Shown in pieces: positions 25,465 through 38,342 of a DNA stretch of 64,000 bases. Numbering within the stretch: the first letter of the stretch is position 1; each line of letters opens with the position of its first letter. Position numbers and translations under genes: made by a program. The stretch comes from Vitrella brassicaformis CCMP3155 (lineage: Eukaryota > Protista > Chromerida), in assembly GCA_001179505.1 (NCBI GenBank), contig CDMY01000496.1:1179-65178 (forward strand), written 5' to 3'. The notes beneath the pieces were generated by a model. That model was not told where the DNA came from and did not search any database. It worked only from the letters and a program-made list of their open reading frames with translations.

Positions 25465-26456
25465 GCAGCAACAGACAGAGACAGCCGGTAGACCGACGTG
25501 TGCGTAGCTATAGCTCTCATGCGCCGATGGATGGCGCGGACTCAAATCAGTCAGTCAGTCATCGCTGTATGTGCAGATCCATACCTCTGGATATGGTGGC
25601 AGACAGACCTCTTTACTCGGCTGCATGGATGTCGTGAGTGAGGTGACGGACAGTGTGTGCATGGTTCCGGCGTGTGCGTGTGTGCCCTTTATTGTATGTG
25701 AATACCACTTTGCCACCGTCTCACACACAGATGGTTTGAGAGAGAGACTGTCTGTCTGTATTGCGGACATACAAGGGTCGTTCAAACAAGACACACACCA
25801 ATGTTGTGCCATCTTACGTGTCAAATCATCTCAAACCATTGATCCGCCCGTCCGTCGTAGCAGCAAGTTTGAGTAGCTAGGTGAAACGTTGCTCTGCTCG
25901 CGTTGCGCTGACCAGGCCGCTCCTCAGAAGTCCAGTGACAGCAACAACTGAACGATGAGACGAGACCGGCTGGTTGGTCTGGTGGACTATCTCCACCCCA
26001 ACCGACCCGCACTACACACAGGACAGATAAACACAGAGCGAAAAAACGACCGACCGACCGACCAATCAATCAATCAACCCATGCAGTTGAGCCACCCACC
26101 ACCGTCTTTCGAAAAACACCGAAAGGAAACAAAGCTGATAGATGGGTAGCTTAAACAGGACAATAAGCATGCAATAGGGTACCGTGCCTGCGTACGTAGC
26201 CGTGTGCGTGTCCGCAACTGATACATTCACACACACACGCTCTCTCAATCGCAATCGAACGGGCCGGCAGGCAGGAAGTCAACACGTCAGTCGACCAAGA
26301 CCCCACTGCAGTCAAATCAGTCAGAACGAAACGCCTTTTGTACGCCTTATCTTATAAGAAGTAGTACGCACCTGTACGCACCTTATAACTTACGTATCTA
26401 GCTCTCTCTCTCTCTCTGTGCCTGTCTGAGTGTGTATGTCTGCGTCCAATGCCTGC

Positions 26457-27460
26457 TCAGATCTTCGCGGCCATCTCCTCCTCCTCTCTGCTCTTGCCGT
26501 ACAGCTGGGGCTTGATGTGTCCGTTGGCACCGTCGTCGCCCGGGGCCTTCCTGGGCAGCAGCACGTGCTTGTAAAGCAGAGGCAGCGACACTAGGATGAT
26601 GGACAGGATCAGCGTCATCATCACGATCTCGTTGACGGGGATGACAGCAACGCACACCTGACCAACACACACAATTAGTGGATGGGTGGATGGATTGATG
26701 GCGCGTCCCATACGTACCAGTACGACCAGCATGATGGCCAGCCATATGGTTGAGCCGATGTGTCGCGCCCAGGGGGCGTACACCATGGTGTAGCACCCAA
26801 TAGACGTAATGCACCGAAGCATGCCGCTGGCCGATTCAACCGCACACGCAACACAAGCACAAGCGTGAATGTCCATCCATCCGTCCATCTGTGCAGTGTG
26901 TGTGTGTGTTGGTGCTGTGATGCTTACTTGGCCCATCCCGGCACAGGGTGGTCCTCGTGAGCGCCTCCCTCATCGATGGCGGGGATGCCCATGAGCCAGA
27001 GCATCACCCCACAGATGCCCGCCACCACTATCATCCCGATGTACCGGCGCCGCCCCTCTCGCGGCAGACTGGGCAGCTCGCTCACATAGAACTCCAGCCA
27101 CACGGCCAGCGCACCCATCATCACAGCCGCCACCAAGTAGAAGGCGATATCGTCAGGGTGGATGAACTTCTTGTTGTCGCCATCTGGGTCACGCATCAGC
27201 AGCACGGCCCATCCCAGTGCCTGCCCCAGGTTGAGGAGGGCGTGCATGCCCGTGATGGCCGCTGCCGCCTCCCACTCTCGGTATTGAGGGAAGGCGAGCG
27301 CGAGTGCGAAGAGGGCGCTGAGTGCGAGGAATACGGCGTGGAATGCCGCCCAGGGGGGAGGGGTGAGCGCACCGTTGACACACGCGAACACGATAAGAAT
27401 GACCCCTACGGCCGCGCTGCAGCCGACGAAGGCCATGGGAGCCCCGCGCACAGAACCCAT
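26457..27460 (-). CDS. Multi-pass membrane protein (about 7-8 TM), unknown family
   Basis: Three exons (about 27460-26930, 26850-26715, 26660-26457) encode successive hydrophobic helices, from MGSVRGAPMAFVGCSAAVGVILIVF to LPLLYKH...EEEEMAAKI*. Confidence 0.7.
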
Positions 27461-27581
27461 TCTCACGTCGCGGGAAGAGAGACCGGAGAATGCGCAAAAA
27501 GATTGAGCAGTCTGCAAGCTCAGCTCACACCTTCTTTTTTGCGAGCTTTGAAGAAAGGAAAGACAGAAGCCCCCGTTTTGC

Positions 27582-29776
27582 ATGGGAGCTCATCTTTACC
27601 GGCCCCTGCCTGTTCACGAAATGGTCAAATTACACGAAAAGCTGTGCCGCTGACATCATTTGATTCTCTGCCTTGTCTGTGCCTGTCTGTCTGTCTGTTG
27701 TGGCTGTGTTGTGCAGCCAACGGGCGGTCGGGATGTCGAATTTGTGCCGCAGTACAAAGGTGGGTATCTGTGCGACGAATAATGACAGACAGGGGGCGTC
27801 TTGATTTGTTGTGTGGTGACTGTCTGTGCTGTGTGTCGATGGTATTGATTTGCAGTGTGGCCGGGCAACAATCGATTCTACTGCGGAGGTGCGCATGATG
27901 CTTCGCAGACAGACAGACACTCACGCAGACAGGCGGACAGGCAGACGGACAGGGCTGGACTGTGTTGTGTTGTGCGAGCAGGTCGTTGTGTGACTGGTCC
28001 TGAGCCGGGCTATCTTGCAGTGACTGTCCTGCTCATACTGATCCCATCCGGCGGATTCTTCGTCACCGTGTAAGGGACAACAGCATTCACATACGCTCTC
28101 TCTCGGCTGCAGTGTATATATGTCTTGTGTGCTGCAGTGTTCCGTTGGTGTGTGGCCATGAGATGTGGTGGGTGATACTGCTGCCCATCGCCCCTCTCTT
28201 CCCCGCCACACTCGTGTTGCTGCTCGCTGCTGCATTCACTGAACCCGGCATGTAAGCTACAGCGCGTGAGGGTCTGTGTGGCTGGCCATATCTCCCATGT
28301 GTGTGTATCTATTGTGTAGTCTGCCGCGCCGCAATCCTCCGCCAGAGGAGATCCCCCAAACAAACGAAGGCAAGCCATCGATGGATGGATGGATGGATGG
28401 ATGGAGGAGTGGATGTCTGTGTGTGTTGGTGGATTCAATGGGTCCATTGTGCAGCTCGGGAGAAGGAGGTGATCATCAACGGATGCTCAATCATTCTCAA
28501 GTGGTGCCGTAAGTCGACACAACGGCCGCAAGATCGTCCACGTGTTATGCCATTTTTCTGTGTGTGTTGTGTCATCAGCGACGTGCAAGATTTGGCGCCC
28601 GCCCCGGTCGAAGCACTGCGTGTTCTGTGACAACTGCGTGCAGAGATTCGACCACCACTGCCCATGGTACTCACCATACACACACACACAATGCGCTAAG
28701 ATAGCACAACGAGGCGTCATATTTCTCTCTGTGTATTGTTTGTTGTAGGGTGTCGAATTGTGTGGGTCTTCGTAACTACCGGTTCTTTGTGTTGTTTGTG
28801 TTTTCGTGTACGCTCTGGGCATTCTATGTCGTCGTCGTCGACGCATACGCACTCGTGGTACACACACACACACACGCAGGGACTGACACACATAGACCTG
28901 CCACACACAAACACCGTCTTTTTTGTGGGTGTGTGTGCGTGTGTGGATGGCTGGATGGCAGAGTTTGGCCTACGTCGGCCACCACATGTCTGTGCCGCTG
29001 CTCATCGACACCATGAAAGAACACCCAATATGGTGCGGACGGACCGACGGACACAATACACATTGTCTGTCTCTCTCACAGATGTGTGTGTGTGTGTATG
29101 ATCACCGTGGCAGCACGTTGGTGTTGGTGTTTACTTTCTGCATGTTGTGTCCTCTGGTGAATCTGAGCATTTTCCACTGCTACCTCACGGCGAGAAACCT
29201 CACCACCAACGAAGAGGTACCACACACACAAATGGACAGACAGACAGACGGAGACGGAGGAAGATGCCTGTGTGTGCGCGCGTCTATCTGAGCAGATAAA
29301 GGAGCTATATGGGCAGAAGAATCCTTTCTCATTAGGTATCATGTGCACAGAGGAACCTGCTGTGGCGCACACACCGGGCATGCTACGCTGGCTGTCTGTC
29401 TGGCTATCTGCCGTCTTCGTGCAGGTCTTCGCGGCAACTGCAGGGAAGCTTTCTGTCTAGAGAGAGAACCAAGGTATGCACTCATACTCGAAACACCCGC
29501 AAGCACCCCCCACACGCACTCATCTCTCTCTGTGTTATCTGCAGCAAGATTTTATGGCGGCAACCGGTGTGTGTGCCGACCTGCCCCCCTCTCCCAGCAA
29601 CCCTGGTTGCGCCATCTCCATCCCCACGCACAGCAGGCTCCCACACATCAGCACGGTCACTGGCTGTCGTCACGCCGACCGAGAGGGGAGACCGGGACAG
29701 GCGAGAGAGGGAGCGTGTTGGTGTTGGTGCTGATGAGTGGCGTGTGGAGCAGATGGAGAGGGGGGAGGGCACTTGA
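27582..29776 (+). CDS. DHHC zinc-finger protein S-acyltransferase (ERF2/ZDHHC9-like), 3' end approximate
   Basis: [47 protein letters not shown]|[13 protein letters not shown] (DHHC codons 28650-28661), [13 protein letters not shown] and NPFSLG. Confidence 0.92.
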
Positions 29777-30133
29777 CCTCACTGACATGTGTGATGTGGT
29801 CGATAGATATAGAGTGCCAGACAGACAGACAGACAGACAAAGCTAAGTCAGGGCTTTTTTGCTCTCTTGTCTCTGTCTGTGTGTGTGTGTCTGTCTGTCT
29901 GTGTCTGTCTGTCTGTCTTGTGCGTGCGCAAGTAAGGTGAGATGGATGCAGACACGATGACACGATTGCATTAACTCACATTGTGACGACTGTCAAGGAT
30001 CCCCCTGTCCATCGACCCACCCACAGAGCGTCTCAGATGCCCTTGCACACACACTCGCGTAGACCATCCATCCATCCACCCAAACAGATCTATACATCCA
30101 TGCGCCCCTCTGCGTGCCTCTCTCTGTCTTGTC

Positions 30134-31028
30134 TCACTCCATGCCCCCCTTTGTTGCATTGTTGTCCATGCCCATGTTGGCAAAGGCCGTCTCGATGTCG
30201 GGGGTGATGACCATCCGCTTCTGCACCGGACCTGATCCATGAGACACCCAAAACACACACGCGCACGTGTCAACCATCATGCATGTGCATCTGCATCAGC
30301 AGCTGCACACCATACCGAGAAAGGTGAGCTCAGAGCTGCCGACCACGCAGCCGACATCCTGGTGACATACACACACAGAGAGAGGGGGCAGCGACATGCT
30401 TGCGTCTGCGTCGTTTCGTTTCTTTTCGTTTCGTGTTGTGTTGTGTGCGCGTGCCTGTGCGAATTGGCATTCGGACCCCTGGTCGATGTTGAACAGGTGG
30501 TCGCCCAGCTGCAGCTTCACCCGGCCCGACTTGTATATCAACAACTTGCCTGTAGTGTGCACACACAGACGTGTATAAACATCCACCCACGCAGATCAGC
30601 CGATGGCGTTGTTTGCCGGTCGGTTTGCGCGGGTACCTAGTTTTCCCTCTGGTAGCTGGTCGATTGAAGAGCTCATGTAAGCCGGGGGCGGCTGCAGCTT
30701 GCTCTCCTCCTTCTTGCGACCTCCCTTGCGCGACGACGCATCTGTCCACAATCACACCAACCAACACACATGCACTCATCCACCCATCCATCCATCCATC
30801 CATCCATCCAGAATCTACCCACCTGCCGCTGGCCTCTTGTCCTCCTCTGCACCATCCTGCTGTTGCTGCTGCAGCTCGTCGCTGTCTGCCGATGTAGGTG
30901 GCTGTGTTGCCGCCCGGCCAGCGGTGGACCTGTCCCTGTCGATGGCGGGCAGCCTGTTGGGGAACTGCATGATGAAGAAGTCACGGTCGTCGCTCCCGCC
31001 ATACGCTGGCGGCAGCCTGACACACACA

Positions 31029-31063
<35 letters not shown>

Positions 31064-32210
31064 GGCAATACATATCGGTGTCTGGCTCCTTGTGCGGATG
31101 TGCGTGTGCGTCTGTACATTGCGTCCATTTCGGCGTCTCTGTTGAAGAGGACTGCTGCATTGCGGTTCACCTCGTCCACATGCTTGACGGTGGGACGTTT
31201 GGCCGACACTCGAGGCTCATCTGCGGACGCCCTGCTCACCTGCAAACACACACAGGCATCCGGACACATGTGTGTGTATGTGTGCATGGGGGGTGTTGAA
31301 AAGCAGCTCACTCACTGGTTTCTCGCCGTCACTCTTGTCGGTTGCATCTCTCTCTCCCTGCTGCTGGTGGTGCTGCTGGTGGTCCTGTCCGTCCTCGTCT
31401 TCCCTCACCACAAATGGCAGGGTGGTTGGGGCATACACGCTGAACTCCCCGCCGGCCTCCGCCCAGCTAAGGTCCATCAAATCCTTGCTCTTCCCCTGCT
31501 GCTGCTGACCCTTGCTCCGCTTCTGCCGGTAATACTGCAGATGCGCCGCCCTCGCCCGGTCCCGCTGCTCGTCCCTCTCCTCCGCCGCCCTCCCCTCCCC
31601 CCTTTTCTGCTTCCCCCGTGCGGCGTCCTTCCTCTCTGCTGCCGTCCGCTGCTGCATCTGCATCGCTGCCGTCTGTCGGGACGCCTCACGCAACGCGGCA
31701 ATAGCGGACGGCAGCGTGCCTGTTGCCTGCTGCTGCTCGACAGCAGCAGGGTCCACTCGCTGCCTCTGCAGACGGACATTGGGGGCGAAAACCTTGCTAC
31801 GATGGGCGGGGGCCGATGAGCTGCTGATGCCCGTGACCATGCCGGGCGCAGCGGGGGATTCGTTGATGGAGCTCAGGCGGCCTGCTGGGCCGTCGACTGC
31901 GAGGGTTGGTGACGCGAATGGCCGGGAAGATGGTGCCGGTGGCGCGGTGGCCGGGCCGGCGGGGGATGGTTGACCTGCCGCTGATGCTGATGCCGCTGCT
32001 GATGCTTGTGCCTGTGGTTGAGGTCCTCCCATGAGGAAGCCGGAGCTGAGGAAGCGACGCGTCGACACTGAAAGAATCAACACACAATCCAACAGACGAT
32101 GAGAGAATGCATCACGCCTGGGTGTGAGCAGGCGTGATATGACTTGACTTACCAGGTGCAGCATCTTCGGTTCGCTGGCCCTTGCCGGACTGCCGACGCG
32201 GACCACTCAT
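30134..32210 (-). CDS. POLR3D: RNA polymerase III subunit RPC4 (C53)
   Basis: FFIMQFPNRLP, GKLLIYKSGRVKLQLGDHLFNIDQGSECQFAQ, DVGCV...ELTFLG and VQKRMVITPDIE match the RPC4 C-terminal domain. Start MSGPRRQ at 32210 splices in frame. The last exon or stop could extend to about 30000. Confidence 0.85.
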
Positions 32211-32472
32211 CTATTCTATCGTCACTGATCAATCCTCCGTCACTCACACGATGAATGAGTCTCAACAACACTGTGATGTCAGGGTAGCCTGCTGCGGATT
32301 CGCGCGATTCGGCTCCTGCTTTTTTCTGTTCCCCTCATGCGAGCTGAAGCTCGCAGAGGAGCAGGGGAAAATCGCAAAAAAAGCCTCAGATGTGTGGACC
32401 GTCATGAGCAGCAGCATCCGCATGACAAGATCACCAAAGATCTGTGCTGATACCGTGATGCATCTGACGAAA

Positions 32473-34333
32473 ATGGATCCTGCAGCAGCGTCCGCCTCGC
32501 CGCAGCCAACCAGGAGGAGGCGGCCCGCTCTGCGCATCTCACCCGCCCTTATTTTCATCGCGGCGTCGTCTCTTTTTCAGCGCGCCATCTCATCTTCCTC
32601 TTTCGCGCCCTCATCTGCCTCGTCTGCTTTTGTCAGGTCCTCCTCACTGCTGAGGCCCTCAAGGCAGCCTGCATTGCGGTGTACATCGTCCCTCGACACA
32701 CACGTCGATATGCACCAACAGCCACAACAGCACCAACAGCAGCAGCAGCAGGAGGAGGCCAACCGACATTTGGTGGCCCCTCCACGAACAGACACAGCAG
32801 CCGACGTCGAGCAGCAGAGGGTCCAGCCCGAGGGCAAGACCTACACCTACCAGGGCCACGAGTGCTACTACCAAGAGCTGCCGCCACAGCCACAAGGGCG
32901 GCCCGAGACGACTGCAATGGTGATGGTCCACGGTTTCGGAATCAACTCGTGCCATTTTGAGAAGAACGTCGAGGCATTGGCGAAGGCAGGGGTGCACGTG
33001 TACTGCCCGGATCTGCTGGGGTTTGGTCAGAGCGAGAAGCCTGTGAATGTGACGTATTGCAGCGAGCTGTGGGCTGGGCAGGTGGAGCATTTTATCGACA
33101 CGGTGGTGAGGCGGCCGTGTGTGGTGGTCGGCAACTCCATCGGCGGGTGAGTGTTTCGCGGACGGTGTGTCTTCCTTCCTTGTTCCATTCGCACCTCTCT
33201 TCTGTCGTGTGCGGCGTGTGTGTTTACTCCTCAGGTACGTCGGTATGCAAGTTGCGGCAGACAGACCTGACGTCGTTTCAGGTGAGCACACAAGCGTCCG
33301 CACCACAGCTGCATATCCATCCATCCATCCATCCATCCGTCCATGTGCATGAACAGGCCTTGCCCTGCTCAATTCTGCCGGTCGGTGGGGCGTGCTGAAT
33401 CCGCTGGGTGTGGAGGTGCCATTGCTGAGGTGGCGGCCGCTCGCCAACTGGCTGGGAAGGCTGCTCTTCAACAATGCGCGACAGCCGGAGCAAATCAGAC
33501 AGACACTGGTGGGTCGCAAGACAAGACACGCCGACATGAAGGGGGCGGGGCATTCATTTTGTTGTGTGTGCGTGCAGGAGCAGGTGTATGTCGACAAGAG
33601 TGCAGTGACCGACACACTCGTGCAGTCCATTCTGGAACCTGCACAAGGCGACGCAGCCGACGAAGCTGGTAACCATCCCCCCACCGCAACATACACACAG
33701 CACATGTGTCCCCATGAAGCTTCTGATTGTTCCTTTCTCTCGTGTGTCCAGGACCCGTGCTGTTTGGATCGCTCTTCGTCGCGCCCAAGGGCCGCTCGTG
33801 GCCCCAGCTGCTGGGCGGGCCTGACAACTATAAGGGGCCATTGCTGCTGCTGTGGGGGCAGCGGGACCCTTGGATCGTCCCTTTCTACGTGAGGACACCA
33901 CACACACACATAGAGGGAGCGCTACACGGGTCCTTCCCATCTCCTCTGTGTGTGTCATTGCATTCAGGCTGACATGCTGCTCCAGATGCGTCCCGACTCG
34001 ACCCTCCACTGGATCAACGCCGGCCACTGCCCCCACCACGAGCGGCCTGACAAGGTCAACAACCTCCTCATCGAGTGGATACAAAATGAGGTCACGCACG
34101 AGAGGGACGACCGCCACCAGCAACACACATGGGGCGAAGCCGTGCTGGCAGCCAAGGACACAGACAGCCACAGTGGGCAGACGAGGATTGCGTTTGTGAA
34201 GCCCATCGATGGGGAGGGAGAGGAGAAAGAGGTGGAGGGAGAGGGGGAGATGGGCAGGAGGGAGGTTGCGAGCAAAATCAAGAGCAACAGGCGGCCGGTT
34301 GTGCGACGGACCGAATGGGAGTGGGAAATGTGA
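32473..34333 (+). CDS. Alpha/beta hydrolase, pheophytinase-like clade, probably plastid-targeted
   Basis: MVHGFG, PDLLGFGQSEKP, nucleophile motif GNSIGG, WGQRDPWI (Asp) and AGHCPHHERPDKVN (His). The N-terminus is hydrophobic then Ser/Arg-rich, with SSAFV, resembling a bipartite targeting signal. Confidence 0.85.
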
Positions 34334-34500
34334 TACTGTCAGACAGGCAGACACGCAGGCAGACAGTCAGTCCAGGGCCTGTGGAGAGATGTGACAAAGC
34401 AAAGGAAGTGTGTGTCGTCTGCACGTGTTTATCGTGTACTCGCATTGCTGCCATTTATTGAGAGTTTACACACGTAAACGGAATTCGGGGGATCATCGCA

Positions 34501-36105
34501 ATGATGGATGCGGACGTAGATGCAGCGGCCGATGCTGGTCCAGCTGGAGTTGCGGCCGATGGCATGGCTGGCGACGTCGGCTTTGATGACGTCTTTGATG
34601 AACCGCAGGATGGACAGCAGCAGCAGCAGGAACAGGGACAGGGCCAGCAGCAGCAGCAGAGGCAGCGACGCAGCACCAATGCATCCAATGTCAGTGCCGC
34701 GGCTGCAGCTGGTGGTGCTGGTGCCGGCCGCGGCAGAGGCAGACGGCGTAGCTCAGGTGAGCAACATGGATGGATGGATGGAAATTCAAAGTGGGACCCA
34801 TCTATGCGCCTGTCGCCGTATCTCTGTGTGTCTGTGGCTATGGCTCAGTTGGTGGCCTTTCGGCGTTCGAGCAGGCGCGGCTACAGGGGGTATTACACAA
34901 TCACACAGACGACAACAACAGGGGGTATCTGTCCCTCAGTGCTGTCTGTCTGTCTGTGTGTATCGATGGATGAAATGGATGGATGCAGACACAGCTGCGT
35001 CAGACGGGCACGCAAGGCCGTGGGGTTGGTGGTGGGGGTGGGGGCGGCTCGCCCGATGGCGGGGGAGGGGGAGGGGGAGATGGTGGGGACGATGACATGG
35101 ACATGGACATGGGCGACGAGAATGACCCTAACGTCTACAACAAAGGTACGCATCGGTGGATGGGCGGGAGAGAGCTGCTGATGGTGTGGGTGTGGGTTGA
35201 TGTGGTCAGGTGGTCCGATGCGCGTCCATGTGGTGCGGCGGTTTGAGGACTTCTGGAACACATACGGCGAGGGCAACGCCGACGACGATGTCCAGATGGT
35301 ACTCACACACGTGCACACATGCGTTGTAGGGAGTGCGTGTGTGGATGTTCGGTGCTCTTTGTTTGTGTGTTGTGTAGGTCGATGGGGCCGAGGGTGACGT
35401 AGAGGTGTCGTACTACGAGAGGAAGCTGCGGGAGCACCTCATCACGACACCCGGCAAATCGGGGTGCGTCGGGCGGCTGGGGGCATGGGGGCTATGTCCA
35501 TGTGTGTGTTTGTGCAGGTTTGGCGTAGATCTGTCGCACATCGAGGGCACAGACATGACCCTCTACAAGTAAGTCTTACCCCTGACATGAGCTCTGTCAA
35601 CCCAGGATGCACAGACTGATACCCTCTTTCTTTCTCCTTTGTGTGCAGGTGGTTTGAGCATTTCCCGCGTGCCGTCATCCCAGAGATCGACGCCGTCCTG
35701 GACCAGGAAAGAAAAATCAGAAAGCACCAACAGATCCATCCATCCATCCATCCATACACACGTGTGTGATTGTTGTGTGTGTGTGCAGAAGGTGAGGGCG
35801 GCGTGTGACGACCTGGCCATGGAGGAGGAGCCCGCACCCAGAATCGTAAGACGCACACACGCATCCACACACACATGCATGGCCACCACACGCGTGTGTT
35901 GGATCAGCTGCACCCGTTCAACTTGTCGGTCAAGTCGCACATCCGCAGCCTCGACCCCTCGCACATCGACTCACTCGTCGCACTCAAAGGTGCAACATGC
36001 GCACTGACGGCCACACACACACAGAGAGTGCGAGTATGGGCGTCTTTTGGCTGTAGGGATTGTGATTCGCACTTCTGAGCTGATCCCAGAGATGACCTGC
36101 GTACA

Positions 36106-36142
<37 letters not shown>

Positions 36143-38306
36143 GCCATCTGTGCGCGTGTGTACTTGCGCGTGTGTGTGTGTGTGTTATATCAACTCAGGC
36201 GGTGTTCCGTTGCCAGGCCAAGGTCGGCACCGGTCCGCTGAACAGCCAGAGGGTGTGCATGTACAAGGAAAATGTACCCGTAGAGGAAGGTAATCTACAC
36301 ACACACAGACAGGATAGATGCAATCAATGCCTACATGTGGTGGGGTGGGGTGGATTTGTGTGTGCAGGTGGGAAGGTGGTCGAGCCCGAGAGCTGTCCCG
36401 CCTGCAAGAAGACCAAATCCATGACACTCGTCAGCTGACCTCCACCACACACACTCTCTGTCTGTCTGTGTGCAAATGACATGTCCCTCTGTGTTTGTGT
36501 GGATGGATGGATGGATGTGTGGATGTGTGGATGCAGTCTCACGGCGAGTGCATCTTCAGCGACAAGCAGCTCATCAAACTCCAGGTGCCCACGCGCGGAG
36601 CTGCGTACAACACAACACACACACACACACACGTACTCATGCAATGCAGGAGTCGCCCGAGGACATGCCGGCCGGCGAGACGCCTCAGACCAGTGCCTAT
36701 ACCCACCCCTACCACACACCCATGCGCGAGTGTGTGTGAATGTGTCGTTTTTTTTTCATCAGTTCAAGTGTTTGCCTACAGCGACCTGGTGGACTTCGCC
36801 CTTCCCGGAGACAGAGTCGAGGTCACAGGTACGTCACGCGACCGCCTTGCCCACACAACCACAACCACACCCACACACCCATTCATCCACACACAGGTGT
36901 GTATCGGTGCAAGCCACTGCGCGTGACGAGGCGCGTCCGGACGCTCAAATCCGTCTTCAAAACGTACGGAATATACATCGAGACCCCCCCCCCCCCNNNN
37001 NNNNNNNNNNNNNNNNNNNNNNNNNNNNNNNNNNNNNNNNNNNNNNNNNNNNNNNNNNNNNNNNNNNNNNNNNNNNNNNNNNNNNNNNNNNNNNNNNNNN
37101 NNNNNNNNNNNNNNNNNNNNNNNNNNNNNNNNNNNNNNNNNNNNNNNNNNNNNNNNNNNNNNNNNNNNNNNNNNNNNNNNNNNNNNNNNNNNNNNNNNNN
37201 NNNNNNNNNNNNNNNNNNNNNNNNNNNNNNNNNNNNNNNNNNNNNNNNNNNNNNNNNNNNNNNNNNNNNNNNNNNNNNNNNNNNNNNNNNNNNNNNCCCC
37301 CCCCCCCCACACAGAGAGAGAGGGGGGCAGAGAGAGGGCGAGGCGCCAATGTGAGTGTGCGTGTTCCAATGGCTGACAGGTTTGTTGACGCGTACAACAT
37401 CCAGAAGACGGCGAGCGAGCGGATGCGCATCGCAGAGAACGACGACCAGGCCCAGCCAGGGGGCGATGAGGTCGACCTGGGCTTCACTCAGCAGGAGATC
37501 GACAAATTCAAAGAGATAGCCGACATGGGGGAGGTACGCGAGCCATCAACACACAACACACATGACCTCGATGGATGGATGGATGGCTGGATGGATGGCA
37601 TCCATAACAGGGTGTGTACAAGGTGCTGGTCAAGAGCTTCGCCCCGAGCATCTGGGAGAATGACGACGTCAAAAAGGGTACGTGTGTGTGTGTGTGTGTG
37701 TGAGAACAAAAGAGCACTTGCCGGATGCACGCATTTCTCTGTGTGTGTTGGGGTAGGTTTGCTGTGTCAGCTGTTCGGGGGCAATGCGTGCTACAAGACG
37801 CGCAACAAAGACGGCAAAGTCACCTGGAGAGTCAGGTCAGTCTGAGTACATGTGCTGTGTGCTGTGTGTGAATGTGCTCCGACGCCGTGCCGTGTGTGTA
37901 GGGGTGAGATGAACATTTTGTTGTGCGGCGACCCCTCGACGGCCAAGTCGCAGCTGCTGGGATACTCACACAAGATTGCACACAGGTAGTTAAATACCTG
38001 TGAGACCACACGAGAGAGCGAAAGCATACCACGTCTCAAACACATGGATGGACAGGGCCACGCAGGCGACCGGCAGAGGCACGTCGGCCACCGGCCTGAC
38101 AGCCTACATACTCAAGGCAATCTCACAATCACACAATAAGACCAACACGGAAACACACACATGGATGGCTGGCTATGTCTCTGCGTGTGTGTGTTGATAG
38201 GATCCCGAGACCAAGGAGGTGATTTTGGAGAGCGGCGCACTCGTACTCGGAGACAGAGGTAACCCTCCCCAACCCAATTTCCCATATTCATCTCTTTGCG
38301 TTTCTT

Positions 38307-38342
<36 letters not shown>

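Noticed and set aside
26335-26400. Three gtacgc(a)cct repeats in AT-rich DNA
   Set aside because: They lie in the 3' region of the 26457 gene and are too short and degenerate to assign a function.
26948-33909. Long ORFs 26948..27898 (+), 30770..31819 (+) and 32659..33909 (-)
   Set aside because: They lie antisense to well-supported spliced genes and run through microsatellite introns (translating as CVCV, HTHT, IHPS).
36997-37296. Missing MCM4 coding sequence in the gap
   Set aside because: The flanking exons join in frame to the expected KTFVD motif, so the gap is intronic poly-C.
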